This document shows positions 62,987-64,000 of a stretch of DNA of 64,000 nucleotides, piece by piece. The stretch's first letter is position 1. The number at the start of each line of letters is the position of its first letter. Both the position numbers and the translations under genes were made by a program. Source of the stretch: the human T2T-CHM13v2.0 reference genome, Homo sapiens; NCBI RefSeq assembly GCF_009914755.1, contig NC_060944.1; one strand, written 5' to 3'. Under the pieces are notes generated by a model. That model saw nothing but the letters and a program-made list of their open reading frames with translations. It was not told the DNA's origin and made no database searches.

Positions 62987-63611
62987 TCATTTTCCACTGG
63001 GTCTGATTTCTCAAAAGTCAAATGACATGCTCATGTGTTCTTGTAAAGTGAAAAAATGGAAGGATTTGGGAGACCAGGGAAGGAGGAAGAGACTGGATTG
63101 GGCCAGATGAGAATTTGGGCAGAGCAGCATGGGGCTGAGTGCCCAGATGACGGTGGATGGTCAGGAAGGCTTGGAATTCTGGAGAAGAGGAGTGAAGCAG
63201 GATGTGATTAGTGCTGCTGACTCAGGAGAGGGGCCTCAACACCCAGCCTGATGGTCCAGGGCTCAGACCACACTGATCCATTCTTGCTCATGACAGTGGA
63301 TCAAGCCATCACTGCACCCTGCATTGACAATGACAAAACCAAGTGAACGGTTGTTTTAAATTTAAACACAAGGAAAGCCTCACTGAGCATCTCCACCAGT
63401 TTGGGATGATACAGAGGTTTCACTGATGATCATAGATGCTCCTTAAAATGTCAGGATTCCAGCTGTCTGTGTGTAAGTGCTGTGGGCTCCTGGAAGCCCT
63501 GTGTGGCAGCAGATTTCATGGCAGAATATGCCATGTATCTCCGCTAATGTCTTAATTCAGTTGTAGATGACAAATAACAAACTCGAGCAGCCTCCTAAAG
63601 ACTTCACTTAG

Positions 63612-64000
63612 TAGATGTTTCTGCTATTAATCCTGAGTAACAAACCATCTCAAAACTTAATAGCACAAAACACAATTTTAGCTTCCTCACAGATTCTGTG
63701 GGTCAGAACAGCTTATCTCTGCTCCAAGATGTCCGGGGTCCTCAGCTGGGAAGACTCAAACAACTCGGGGTGATTTGAGAGCAGGGGGTTGGAATCATTT
63801 GGAGTCTTCTTCACTCACCTGCCGGCTGGTTGATGTTGGCTGTCAGCTGTGACACCTACACATGGCCCCTCTGGGTACTGGGTACTGGTATCCCAAGGGA
63901 GCAAAATGGAAGCTGCATGGTACTTTTGTGATCTGGTTTTGGAAGTCACGTAGTGTCACTTCTGCTTATACACAGTTAGTCAAGGTGGTCACGAGAGCCT
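63612..64000 (-). mobile_element. MaLR LTR (MLT1-type)
   Basis: gtaacaaaccatctcaaaacttaatagc...ctcacagattctgtgggtcag...tcagctgggaagactc. Confidence 0.7.

Overview
Human (primate) genomic DNA from the BPI-fold (PLUNC/LPLUNC) gene cluster, which I recall lies at 20q11.21. It holds two complete, tandem, plus-strand multi-exon genes. BPIFB3 has 15 coding exons at 124-18340 (476 aa, polyA signal 18558). BPIFB4 has a TATA box at 24352, a non-coding first exon and 16 coding exons at 26268-56180 (614 aa, polyA signal 56470). I rebuilt both CDSs exon by exon from GT-AG sites, and they share exon sizes and phases. The rest is Alu/MIR/L2/L1/LTR/SVA repeats and simple repeats. Main observations: (1) the 366-nt BPIFB4 intron at 27742-28107 is an in-frame, stop-free Gly/Leu repeat with synonymous variation and no counterpart in BPIFB3, so it looks like an exitron hiding a 736-aa isoform. 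(2) A 3.65-kb TSD-flanked, polyadenylated retrocopy of an LTR12-initiated transcript splits one Alu and later received an SVA. (3) A 95-bp, about 95% identical inverted repeat brackets the BPIFB4 promoter and exon 1. (4) An orphan 8 x 48-bp CER satellite is fused to an Alu in BPIFB3 intron 2. (5) The haplotype encodes all four residues of the longevity-associated BPIFB4 variant. Repeat subfamily names and variant identities are from memory and need database confirmation.
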